DNA of 64,000 nucleotides, from positions 1 through 64,000 of the forward strand of contig CAZHRF010000005.1 in the NCBI GenBank assembly GCA_964534625.1. Direction: 5' to 3'. Below are positions 52,386 through 61,639 of this stretch, one piece after another; the stretch's first letter is position 1, and each line of letters starts with the position of its first letter. A program made the position numbers and the translations under genes. Source of the stretch: an uncultured archaeon. GTDB lineage: Archaea; Asgardarchaeota; Heimdallarchaeia; Heimdallarchaeales; Heimdallarchaeaceae. The notes beneath the pieces are model-generated. The model had not been told where the DNA came from. It did no database searches and saw only the letters and a list, made by a program, of their open reading frames with translations.

Positions 52386-53030
52386 TTAATCGTCTCTTAG
52401 TAGTTTAAAGGCGAAATCATCTGGTGTTGCTTGAAATTCTTCTGTTTCTCCCAGTTCTCCTCTTTCTCTTAATATCTCTCTTGTTAAGAGGTAATATAGC
52501 ATTGCTAATGATTTTCTACCTTTATTATTAACGGGTATAACAAAATCTACATTAGATTTAATATTATCAGTATCACACAGAGCCACCACAGAAACTCCTT
52601 TTGTCTTTGCTTCGGTTAATGCTTGTTTATCTGCTCTTGGATCAGTTAATACAGCTACTTTCGGTTCTATATAACCTGAATATGCTGGATTACTCAGTGT
52701 TCCAGGTATAAATCGTCCGGGAAATACTTTAAAACCGCAGAAACGAGCCATCTTTGTTGCAGGAACGCTTGCATATTGACGTGTTGCAAATATTGCTACT
52801 TGGGATGGATCAAAACGAGCTAAAAACTTTGCTGCAATCCTTATTCTCTCATCTGTATTATTAACATCCAAAACATAAATTCCGTCTTGTCGTACTCTAT
52901 ACGTGTGTTTTTTCATACTTTTCGTACATACTAAAGTACCAATATGGATACCACTAAAAAGATACTCTTCGCGTTGGACTAGTAATAAAGCTTCTTCTCC
53001 TTCTTGAGTTTCAATTTCTTCTTCAGACAT
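52386..53030 (-). CDS. rps2: 30S ribosomal protein S2
   Basis: GIHIGT, GRFIPGTLSN, ALCDTDN and PVNNKGRKSLA motifs. Confidence 0.97.
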   Translation of the reverse strand: MSEEEIETQEGEEALLLVQREEYLFSGIHIGTLVCTKSMKKHTYRVRQDGIYVLDVNNTDERIRIAAKFLARFDPSQVAIFATRQYASVPATKMARFCGFKVFPGRFIPGTLSNPAYSGYIEPKVAVLTDPRADKQALTEAKTKGVSVVALCDTDNIKSNVDFVIPVNNKGRKSLAMLYYLLTREILRERGELGETEEFQATPDDFAFKLLRDD

Positions 53031-53107
53031 ATTCTAAGCCTCTTTTTCTGCGCAGTGAGTTTTTCTTTATTTTTAATAAAAACTTTCTGTTCAGTTACAA
53101 GTGTTTA

Positions 53108-53308
53108 TTATGAAAATGATAATATCTCATCAACTAGGTCAATATGAGAGATTAACATTCGTCGGCAACACCAACGTTTGATACTGAGATCATCTAAAAC
53201 AGCTTTTGGGTCTTCACCGTTATTAGTTCTTTCTTGAAAGTCATCCCATTTATCAGCAATTAATTTACCACATGTGAAACATCTAATCGGGATTTGAATA
53301 ATTACCAC
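53108..53308 (-). CDS. rpo10: RNA polymerase subunit N (Rpo10)
   Basis: [10 protein letters not shown]...[11 protein letters not shown]. Confidence 0.97.
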   Translation of the reverse strand: MVIIQIPIRCFTCGKLIADKWDDFQERTNNGEDPKAVLDDLSIKRWCCRRMLISHIDLVDEILSFS

Positions 53309-53364
53309 CTAATCAAACACTCATGAAACATAATTTAACTATTATGGTCGCTGTTTTTTTCAAA

Positions 53365-54585
53365 TCAAAATCCCCAATCTCTCGAAAGCTTAAAACCTCT
53401 GAATAGATTAAACAAACCTAGTGGATCTTTTATAAGTTTAAACCGTCTAAACAATTTGAATAAAATGGATATAGTTTGCAATCCACTTATACGATTAATA
53501 TATAAACCATCCAGTAGAGAACCCAGTACATCTAAATATTCATTACTACGAGAATAAAAAAACTCATGGCACTTTAAAATATTCTTATTAGAAAATGAAT
53601 AGTTCAACAGATTGTTTTTGTATAAATTAGACAAATCTTTTTTATTGTTTTTATGAGATAGTAAAGATTGAACAGCTGTTTTTCCACTTAACATGGCCAT
53701 TCGAATGCCACCATAAAATAATGGGTTTACAAAACCCCCAGTATCTCCCAGTAATAAAACAGACTGATCGCCCAATTTCATGTTATAATAACCTTTCATA
53801 GGTATTCTTCCTCCAATGGTTTTCTTTATTGTTCCTTTGAGTGGTATATTTTTTGATTTAATAAAGGCCTCTAAACGACTTTTAACCCCATTTGCAGTAG
53901 TAACTATACCGATATTTGATTCATTATCTCTAGGAAAAATCCAAAAATAGCCATAAGGACATTTTTGTTTGTCAAAATAAAATTCTATTGTATCCGCATA
54001 TTCACCTATCAGTTTGTATTCATATCCTTTAATATATGGATTAGGTGGTGAAAAACCTAATTTCGAGCTAATTAAACCCCTAGATCCTTCCGCAATAAAT
54101 AAATAATTACAAGTGTAATTTTCTGTTTTATTTTCATTTGTTTTCAAAACTATACCATTTTTTGTTCGTGCCGCATCAATGATTTTTTTATGGATTATTT
54201 TATCAGAAATACTTCCTCTTTCAGCTAAAAACTGATCAAATTTATCTCTGTGTACCATGTAGGCTGCAACATCGCCATAAATAGTATAATGTAAAAAATG
54301 AATTTTTGTATAAGAATGCTTTTTAATTATAAACGGATAATCCTTTCCTTTTATAGGAATAGAAAAATCAGTGAAAATATGCTCACTTATTCCCTCTCCA
54401 CACTGAATTGGTTCCCCAATTGTGTTATTTTTTTCAAATAAAACAAAATCTATGTTATTTTTTTCAAGTTCATATGCAGCGGTTAAACCAGCTGGCCCTC
54501 CACCAATAATAATCACTTCATATTTCATGTTATAAATTAAAGCAAGGTTATTCAAAAACATTTCATGTTGATCTCTAATTTTCAA
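53365..54585 (-). CDS. Geranylgeranyl reductase family flavoprotein
   Basis: IIGGGPAG, CGEG, YGYFWIFP and GDTGGFVNPLFYGGI motifs; true start probably MKYEV. Confidence 0.85.
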   Translation of the reverse strand: MKIRDQHEMFLNNLALIYNMKYEVIIIGGGPAGLTAAYELEKNNIDFVLFEKNNTIGEPIQCGEGISEHIFTDFSIPIKGKDYPFIIKKHSYTKIHFLHYTIYGDVAAYMVHRDKFDQFLAERGSISDKIIHKKIIDAARTKNGIVLKTNENKTENYTCNYLFIAEGSRGLISSKLGFSPPNPYIKGYEYKLIGEYADTIEFYFDKQKCPYGYFWIFPRDNESNIGIVTTANGVKSRLEAFIKSKNIPLKGTIKKTIGGRIPMKGYYNMKLGDQSVLLLGDTGGFVNPLFYGGIRMAMLSGKTAVQSLLSHKNNKKDLSNLYKNNLLNYSFSNKNILKCHEFFYSRSNEYLDVLGSLLDGLYINRISGLQTISILFKLFRRFKLIKDPLGLFNLFRGFKLSRDWGF

Positions 54586-54629
54586 ATTAACGTTAAAATC
54601 AAAAAAAGAGGGTAAAAAAAAGTAGCAAA

Positions 54630-56018
54630 TTAGCTGTTAATATCATCTCTTATCAAATCACCCAATTGTTTAATACCATCTTCTATTTGTTTAACATTGG
54701 GTGCCGAATAATTAATGCGCATAGTATTGACTTCAGGTTTTCCTGGTTCTAGGGAAGACGTACCCATGTTATAACTCTCAGATCTATCAGGTAAAGGATA
54801 AAAGGCAGCTCCGGGCACATATAATATTGAATTTGGGATTGCAACTTCTTCTAAAAATGTGGTAGCATTGAATTTTTTGTCTTTTAATTCAGCCCACACA
54901 AAAAAGCCGCCTCGAGGTTTCGTATAATTACATGTATCATCCATATGCTCTTGGATTGCCCCCAACATAGCTTCTGCTCTTTTTCTATATACGCTTCTTA
55001 CTTTTTTAAGAGACTTGTCCATATAGCGCGTATAATAGATATCCAGTATTTTCTGATTTAATGATGGCGTACATAGGTCCAGATATCCTTTTGCTTTTGC
55101 CATCTCATTAAATATAGGCGGGGGTACAATGGTATAACCCATACGCAATACTGCTGCTTCTTTGCTTGAAGACGAAAGGAAACAAACAAATTCATTTTCC
55201 TTATCTAAATGTTTTATGGGGGGAATCTTATCACCGCTAAAGTACATCTCTTTATATGCAGCATCTTCGACAATCAACACACCTTCTGCCACACATATGT
55301 CAAATATGGTTTTTCTACGCGATTCTGGTAACATCGTTCCTTTAGGATTATCAGAATCTGGTACAATATACAACAGTTTTGGTACTTTTCCGTATTTTGT
55401 TTTACATGCGCGTATCGCGCCTTCTAGAGACTCTGGTATGACCCCATCAAAATCAGTTTCAACTGTGATAATCTTTGCACCCAATTTTTGCGCAGGACCT
55501 AAGAAACCCAAATAACAGGGAGCAGGAGAGAGAATTATATCTCCAGGATTTAATAGCGTGTCAAGTAAAAGATAAATTGATTGCTGACTACCTGTTGTAA
55601 TCATGACATTTTGCCACCCTGTTTCTAAGTCCAAATAATCAAGCTTATCTCGACGTATCATACGCTCGGTTAAGGTCTTACGTAACGATTCTAAACCGGT
55701 TGTGGGTCCATAATTCATATTCGGGTAAACGTTCTCATGACCCCGTCCAGCACTAATTTCTTCTTCGAAATTTTTACCTAATTCTTTAAGGATCTCAGCA
55801 AATGCATTAAGTGGTAAAGCCGCAGGCATTCCACCCCCAAAAGAATATTTAACTTTAACAGTTAATAAACGCCTTATTTCGCTTTCTTTGATGAACTTTG
55901 TCCATCCAGCGAACTCATATTCATAATTAGACATAATAATACACCTATTATTGGTTGTATAATGTTTTTTTTTTACTCTTTTTAGACATTTTCCTCTCAT
56001 CATAAAATTCGATATCAT
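54630..56018 (-). CDS. PLP-dependent aminotransferase class I (ARO8/LysN-like)
   Basis: SFGGGMP, TTGSQQ, NPKG, EDAAY, SSSK...RMGY and PRGGFFVW motifs; true start probably MSNYE. Confidence 0.88.
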   Translation of the reverse strand: MISNFMMRGKCLKRVKKKHYTTNNRCIIMSNYEYEFAGWTKFIKESEIRRLLTVKVKYSFGGGMPAALPLNAFAEILKELGKNFEEEISAGRGHENVYPNMNYGPTTGLESLRKTLTERMIRRDKLDYLDLETGWQNVMITTGSQQSIYLLLDTLLNPGDIILSPAPCYLGFLGPAQKLGAKIITVETDFDGVIPESLEGAIRACKTKYGKVPKLLYIVPDSDNPKGTMLPESRRKTIFDICVAEGVLIVEDAAYKEMYFSGDKIPPIKHLDKENEFVCFLSSSSKEAAVLRMGYTIVPPPIFNEMAKAKGYLDLCTPSLNQKILDIYYTRYMDKSLKKVRSVYRKRAEAMLGAIQEHMDDTCNYTKPRGGFFVWAELKDKKFNATTFLEEVAIPNSILYVPGAAFYPLPDRSESYNMGTSSLEPGKPEVNTMRINYSAPNVKQIEDGIKQLGDLIRDDINS

Positions 56019-56167
56019 TAAATAAGATATTTAAGTAAATATTTACCAAACTTTATTCTGTACTTGATTTTATTAAGTGCTAGCAAAATCAATGTCGATA
56101 GTTTTTTCACAAAAGTTTTGTTCCCGCTTGAATCATTAGTTCTCTCAGTCATTTACAAAAAAGAAGA

Positions 56168-56638
56168 TATGGTGACCACGTGAAAATGCAGAAAAAGTTC
56201 ATATGACTCCTCATCGAACTTTTCTTGTTCCATTAGAGACTTGCATAGTCAAACCTATTACGACCTTGCTCTTTTCCGTTCTTTCACTGTACTCGGCCAA
56301 TGGTCGCAGTACCAGACAGTCAACTCGTCAACTCCTTAACGTGGAATGACAGTTGCTATCATCCCGGAGGTGGTGGGGTTCTTCAGGAGCCCCGATGAAA
56401 CCCTTGAGGGCCACAAATGAGTCCCGGGAAGAATGTCGCGATGATCCCTCACACTGGCGCTAATCTTGTAGATTGCTGGTGTAATCTTGACACTTATCGC
56501 TCCCAGGTGTAACAACACTGGATACCTTGGTATCCTTGTGTTGTTCTCCTTTTGTCATGTGTCCAGTTGGGTGAGGTGATATACTTGCGGGTAACCGTGG
56601 GTCACTTACCCAAAAGTACCCAAAAGAACTCATAGCAT
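56168..56638 (+). ncRNA. Unknown large structured non-coding RNA candidate
   Basis: GC-rich island (56341-56400 has 33/60 G+C) with at least 8 helices and no credible ORF; partial second copy at 23885-24017. Strand inferred from G.U pairs and is uncertain. Confidence 0.65.
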
Positions 56639-56742
56639 CTGTCTATTGAATATTTTGAATTATTGAAAACGACAGAAAATATTTTTAAATCAACAATGTA
56701 TAATAGATACTAGTTATCATAAACAAAAAGAGTGAATATAAA

Positions 56743-56913
56743 ATGATGATCGTACAATCTAAAGTCAGGGAATATGTAAAGGAACAAGGGGATTTCAAAG
56801 TTGCTAGTGACTTTTTACAAGCGTTGGATCAACAGTTGTCGACAATTATAAAACAAGCATGTGAAAGAGCTAAATTGAACGGGAGAAAAACTGTTTCTGC
56901 CAGAGATGTGTAA
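56743..56913 (+). CDS. Short histone-fold protein (56 aa), missed by the ORF track
   Basis: MMIVQSKVREYVKEQGDFKVASDFLQALDQQLSTIIKQACERAKLNGRKTVSARDV, with the RKTV..RD histone motif and a truncated alpha3 helix. Confidence 0.92.
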   Translation: MMIVQSKVREYVKEQGDFKVASDFLQALDQQLSTIIKQACERAKLNGRKTVSARDV

Positions 56914-57003
56914 TTGATTTTTCCCCCCTAATAAAGCCAATCGATTTTTTTCTTTTTTATTTCTACTTGTAATAGGTAGTAGAATACAGAAGCATAACAT
57001 TTA

Positions 57004-57642
57004 TCAGAATGTAAAACCCTCATCGTCTTCCTCCTTTATATAATCACTTAAAGACAGTTCATAACGGTGGGTTATGTGCATATAAGTCCATTTACCTATT
57101 ACTTCTATTATTATATAATAATCGGGATTTTCTAAGTCTACTGTACCACTTTTGATTTCATTCGCTGCAGCAGTAATGATTTCCTCTGATGATAATTCAA
57201 CATGTCTTTTTCTTATAGCAATTCTCCATTTATCTTTTTCGGTGATTCTTTCACTATACTCTTTTGTAATTTCACTGATTGTATCTAAATCAGTTTTTAC
57301 TCTATAACTAATTGGTATAATCTTTAATGTATATCTTAAAAGAGGAGGATCGGATTTGATTAATTCTTCCAAAGCAGTTAGAATTTTATCAGGATCTTCA
57401 TTAAATTTTGCTATTGATAGACCAGATATGGTTTTAATTGGAGCAACTCTTACCTCAGTACAATCAAGGTATTCAGTTAAAACATAGTACATTTCGCTCG
57501 AGGCGTTTCTTTCACATGTTCGAGCACTGGAAATTATAAAACCATTGTATTTTTGTTTCATATGTATCATTATGTATTGAGGATAGTTTAATGTTTTGTT
57601 TTGATGATAGTTAACTTTTGTCCCCAGAAAAACTTGTAACAA
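57004..57642 (-). CDS. THUMP domain RNA-binding protein
   Basis: RYTLKIIPI, WRIAIRKR and VDLENPDYYIIIEVIG motifs; true start probably downstream (MKQKY). Confidence 0.85.
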   Translation of the reverse strand: MLQVFLGTKVNYHQNKTLNYPQYIMIHMKQKYNGFIISSARTCERNASSEMYYVLTEYLDCTEVRVAPIKTISGLSIAKFNEDPDKILTALEELIKSDPPLLRYTLKIIPISYRVKTDLDTISEITKEYSERITEKDKWRIAIRKRHVELSSEEIITAAANEIKSGTVDLENPDYYIIIEVIGKWTYMHITHRYELSLSDYIKEEDDEGFTF

Positions 57643-58477
57643 CTATTTTTGTTAGTCTTTTTACTATCACCGCTAGAAATGATACGCCAAAAAGCAAGTA
57701 TAAACCTCCATCAAACAAAAGAAAAACAGTCAACCAATATATAGATGATACTATCCATTTTGTTGCAGATAAATTACGCAATAAATAAGGTATTCGAATA
57801 AGTAAAGTTGCTCCTACAATATATAATAACGGAGAAAGAGCAATAGAGACTAATTTGGTTCTTAATGTTACTTTTGTATGCCATGTAGGTATCTCTGGAT
57901 TAAATTTATCACTCTCTCGTTCATATTTCAATAGAAGAATTGGGAACCAAGAGTTTCGTTTTACTTCTTTATCTTGTCTAACTGTTTTAAAATCGAATCC
58001 ATGTTTTTCAAATCGTTCAATAAGGGTATAGGCCATATCAAAATCAACTTTAAGATCAAAATGTGTTAATTTCTGTGGACGAAACCTCACAATATACTCT
58101 TGATCTTGTACTAAAAGGTACAAGCCTAGAACATCCTTGAAACACCATTGAGTTAATCGATTTGCTTCTTTAAATATCAATTTTTCTGAGTCAAAATCGA
58201 CTACAATCTCTCCTTTAACAAGGGTATAAATCAACAATAGCAAAATAGAATTTAAAACTCCAAAATAAAACCATAAAGAAATTCCAAAAAGTGTTCCTAT
58301 GTACACTTCATTTCTTGGAGGTATATAATAAATTAGAGCGACTAGTAAAACTAAAACAATTATAATGTCCCCTCTTGCCCTTTCTTTTTGCTTTAGTTTG
58401 CTAGTTGAGAGACCACTTGACATTGGTTGTTGAATATTACTTGATTTCGAAATTATAATACTTTCGAAACAACCCAT
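57611..58477 (-). CDS. Hypothetical membrane protein
   Basis: Two pairs of TM helices flanking a soluble segment. Confidence 0.6.
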   Translation of the reverse strand: MGCFESIIISKSSNIQQPMSSGLSTSKLKQKERARGDIIIVLVLLVALIYYIPPRNEVYIGTLFGISLWFYFGVLNSILLLLIYTLVKGEIVVDFDSEKLIFKEANRLTQWCFKDVLGLYLLVQDQEYIVRFRPQKLTHFDLKVDFDMAYTLIERFEKHGFDFKTVRQDKEVKRNSWFPILLLKYERESDKFNPEIPTWHTKVTLRTKLVSIALSPLLYIVGATLLIRIPYLLRNLSATKWIVSSIYWLTVFLLFDGGLYLLFGVSFLAVIVKRLTKIVVTSFSGDKS

Positions 58478-58556
58478 TTTTTTTATAAAGTGAGTAGATG
58501 ATATCCGATTAGAAGAGAAATCCTTTTATTACAACGTTCACTTCGCGTAAACATGG

Positions 58557-59852
58557 GTGGATATTTTGGACAGATCCAATATAGAAGAATATCAATGGTA
58601 TAGACTTGATAACGCTGCAACAGTTTTTTCATTTGTTATGTCCAAAAGGAGAACATCATTATTTCGTATATCCGTTACTCTTAACGAACGGATCAAGGTA
58701 AGCATCCTTCAAAAAGCATTAGATAGGATAATAGAACGATTCCCCTATTATCAGGTCTATTTAAGACCAGGAATTTTCTGGTACTACTGGGAACAAGCAG
58801 AAAATAAACCTAAAATATCAAAAGAGGTTCGGAATCCCAATCAATGGTTACCTTTGAAACAAAAGGGAGTTTTTCCTTTCAGAGTAATAGCGTATAATAC
58901 TCGAATTGCAGTAGAATTTTCACATATAATAACTGATGGAACAGGCGCTTTAACGTTTTTGAAAGCTCTAGTATCAGATTATCTATTCTTACTAGGTATA
59001 GTTGCAGAAGATTATGGGGATATTCCTAGACCAGGACAGATACCAAATGAAGAAGAATATGAAGATGCTTTCAAGCGATATTATAAAAAAGCTCCATATC
59101 CTAAAATCCCCAAAAAAGCCTTTCATCCACCTTATGACATATTAGAGAAAGGAATATTTCACGTAATAACGGGTATTGTATCAGTAAAAGAGATACTAGA
59201 AGTTTCAAGAAACCACAATGTATCTCTAACAGAATATCTTACAGCAGTATATATTCATAGTTTATTAGGAAGTTATAATGACCTTCCAGAAAACGAACGG
59301 AAAAAAAAGAATAAACCAATTAATATTATGGTACCAATTAATTTACGAAATATGTATCCTTCCAAAACGATGCGAAATTTTTCTTTATTCGTAACACCAG
59401 GAATAGATCCAAGGTTGGGTGAATATACCTTTGATGAAATCCTAATGAATGTCCATCATTATTTGAGAGTTGAAATCAATGAAAAATTCATCAATCAACA
59501 GATAGCTCGCAATGTAAGAGGTGAATTAAACCCAATCTTACGGTCATTACCTTTGTTTATAAAAATACTTGGGGGATTAATACTTTACAATGGATTAGGG
59601 GAAAATCTTTATTCGGGAGTAGTTACAAATTTAGGAAGAATAACAATGCCTGAGCCATTAAATGACTATATTAAAAGATTTGAGTTTGTTCCAGCACCAA
59701 GTCCAGCAACAAAAACAGGTTGTGCCCTAGTGAGTTATAAAGACAGACTATATATTAACTTTGGAAGAATAGTCAAAGAAGCTGATATTGAGAGACGTTT
59801 TTTCCAAAAATTAGTAGAAGACGGAATAAAAGTAAAGATAGAAACAAACTAA
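58557..59852 (+). CDS. CoA-dependent acyltransferase (alcohol acetyltransferase/condensation-like)
   Basis: WYRLDNAA, catalytic HIITDGTG (HxxxDG), PINLRNMYPSKTMRNF and TNLG motifs. Confidence 0.82.
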   Translation: MDILDRSNIEEYQWYRLDNAATVFSFVMSKRRTSLFRISVTLNERIKVSILQKALDRIIERFPYYQVYLRPGIFWYYWEQAENKPKISKEVRNPNQWLPLKQKGVFPFRVIAYNTRIAVEFSHIITDGTGALTFLKALVSDYLFLLGIVAEDYGDIPRPGQIPNEEEYEDAFKRYYKKAPYPKIPKKAFHPPYDILEKGIFHVITGIVSVKEILEVSRNHNVSLTEYLTAVYIHSLLGSYNDLPENERKKKNKPINIMVPINLRNMYPSKTMRNFSLFVTPGIDPRLGEYTFDEILMNVHHYLRVEINEKFINQQIARNVRGELNPILRSLPLFIKILGGLILYNGLGENLYSGVVTNLGRITMPEPLNDYIKRFEFVPAPSPATKTGCALVSYKDRLYINFGRIVKEADIERRFFQKLVEDGIKVKIETN

Positions 59853-59889
59853 TAAAGGAGTAAAATATCATAACATAGAGGAAATAATA

Positions 59890-60618
59890 ATGCCATTTTG
59901 TAAGAAATGCGGAGTGGAAGTAGAAGAGAGACATGAAACATGTCCATTATGTGGGGAAAAAATTAATGGAAAGATAGGAGAGGAGGATCTAGAAAACAGA
60001 AAGTATCCTAGACAAGAACCTACAGAGGGTAAAAAGTTCAAAAAACTGAGTCCAGAGATACAAAGAAAAATCATATGGGAAATAGTAAGTATAGCATTAA
60101 CGGTTCCATTAATTTTAATATTAATTATTAACTTTATATTAAGTAGGACTGTAGACTGGGGATTATACCCAATTACTACAATAGTTTATATTTGGTTAGC
60201 TATATCTTTTCCACTACGATTTTTAAAAAAACCTTTATTGATCGTGGGAGTAGAAATAATCTCACTTGTAGGCTTTTTAGCCATTATAGATTTGATAGAT
60301 GGCACATTCAGTTGGTTTCAGTATTTAGCGCTACCTATAACATTCACTATCATCATAATCACAGGGATAGTAGTATTACTCTCATTCAAATCTAAAAGAA
60401 AGGGAGCCAATATTGCGGCATTTATACTGTTTGGAGTATCTCTTTTATGTATTGGATTAGATCTTATAATAATAAATTATGTTAAAGAAGTAGTGATACT
60501 AATCCCCACATGGTCTATATTTGTATCTTTAGCCTTAATACCAATAGGGTTGTTTTTGCTTTATATTCATTACAGATTATCAGAAGTTGTAGACATAAAA
60601 AGAAAAGTACAATTATGA
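59890..60618 (+). CDS. Zinc-ribbon membrane protein (DUF6320-like)
   Basis: MPFCKKCGV...CPLCG followed by about 6 TM segments; stop codon supplied by the adjacent mobile element. Confidence 0.75.
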   Translation: MPFCKKCGVEVEERHETCPLCGEKINGKIGEEDLENRKYPRQEPTEGKKFKKLSPEIQRKIIWEIVSIALTVPLILILIINFILSRTVDWGLYPITTIVYIWLAISFPLRFLKKPLLIVGVEIISLVGFLAIIDLIDGTFSWFQYLALPITFTIIIITGIVVLLSFKSKRKGANIAAFILFGVSLLCIGLDLIIINYVKEVVILIPTWSIFVSLALIPIGLFLLYIHYRLSEVVDIKRKVQL

Positions 60619-61009
60619 ACTACCACTGCCTACAGGCAGATGGTTTCTTGCTTCAACGAAGTGGCCTCAAAATGAGGGCTGAACTCTTCTCCACAAGCGT
60701 CGTCTATAGGTCCCGTTGTTCCGACGGTACATGGCTCTAGTACACACAACGTACCGACTCTACATCGGAAGTCCTCAATACCTTACTTAGGTAGATACGT
60801 ATACCCATTATCGTTGTTTAATGTGTAGCTCTATCTTCTACTTCCATCTTTTTCTTTTTGTCTCGTACCACTCTTGGTTTTCGAGATGGCACCAAAGCAA
60901 GTACACAAAGACAGCATACTTACAAAATGTTTGTATGCTAAAACTGACTTTTGTTTTTTCTTCTTTTCATCCTCGCCCTCAAGGACGGGGTTTTCAAGAA
61001 GACGTTCAC
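60615..61009 (-). mobile_element. Non-autonomous IS200/IS605-family element (PATE/MITE) with TnpB omegaRNA-like right end
   Basis: Minus strand: left hairpin GAAAACCCCGTCCTTGAGGGCGAGGATG; right end GTACCGTCGGAAC...CGCTTGTGGAGA...TCGTTGAAGCAAGAAACCATCTGCCTGTAGGCAGTGGTAGTTCA(T). TTTAT precedes the left end. No tnpA or tnpB ORF. Confidence 0.82.
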
Positions 61010-61180
61010 ATAAAAATAAAAAAGAACACAAAAACAATCATCTAAAATAAACTACAAGAAGAAATACGTAACGAAACAAAGATTTAAAAGAAGAAAGGTC
61101 AAGAGATAATTGCGCATAAAAACCTAAGGTAAAGGTTAAATGTCCCTATTCGTGTTTAATGCGCAGGTAGCAGAAATAAT

Positions 61181-61259
61181 AGCGAGGTAGGCTAGCATGG
61201 ACAGGCCGCAGGGCTCATAACCCTGAGATCGGGTAGTTCAAATCTCCCCCTCGCTACCA
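61181..61259 (+). tRNA. tRNA-Met(CAT), initiator
   Basis: Acceptor stem AGCGAGG/CCTCGCT (A1-U72); anticodon arm CAGGG-CTCATAA-CCCTG with three G-C pairs; TTCAAAT loop; encoded CCA. Confidence 0.96.
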
Positions 61260-61639
61260 TTTTTTAAAATCTAATTATAAATACTTTAAATCAATTAATG
61301 TGCTCATATTGCGAATTAAGTAAAAAAGAGGAGAATAATTGTTTATTTTCCGAATAAATCTTGAATTATCTCTGAGGATAGTTCTATTGTTTCACCAAAT
61401 TCCATTGATGCACTTCTTTTACAAGTATATTTTGCAAATTAAATTCTGGTATATTAAGATAGCAAGGTAAGAATCAGATCTGTACATATGGTTCTTACTT
61501 CAACAATCATTATGTTTAGTGCGCAAATCTATCTGCAGTAATAGAAATATAGAATTCGTGGTGAAGTGTAAATTTTACAATAATTCGGAAGACTAATGTT
61601 TAAAATAGATTTAAATATAGCTAAAACCCTTCTAATTTC

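Noticed and set aside
56336-56518. 60-aa minus-strand ORF inside the GC-rich island
   Set aside because: No motif, atypical codon usage, and the frame is not preserved in the 23.9-kb copy.
56168-56638. RNase P RNA, SRP RNA or hammerhead identity
   Set aside because: Only weak look-alikes (GAAGAACCCCACCACC and CUGAAGA on the minus strand); the partner motifs required for each class are missing. Not formally excluded without an Rfam search.
56815-57000. 61-aa minus-strand ORF
   Set aside because: Antisense shadow of the histone gene.
60510-61045. Short ORFs over the IS remnant (60510, 60821, 60831)
   Set aside because: No TnpA HUH or TnpB RuvC/zinc-finger motifs; chance ORFs.
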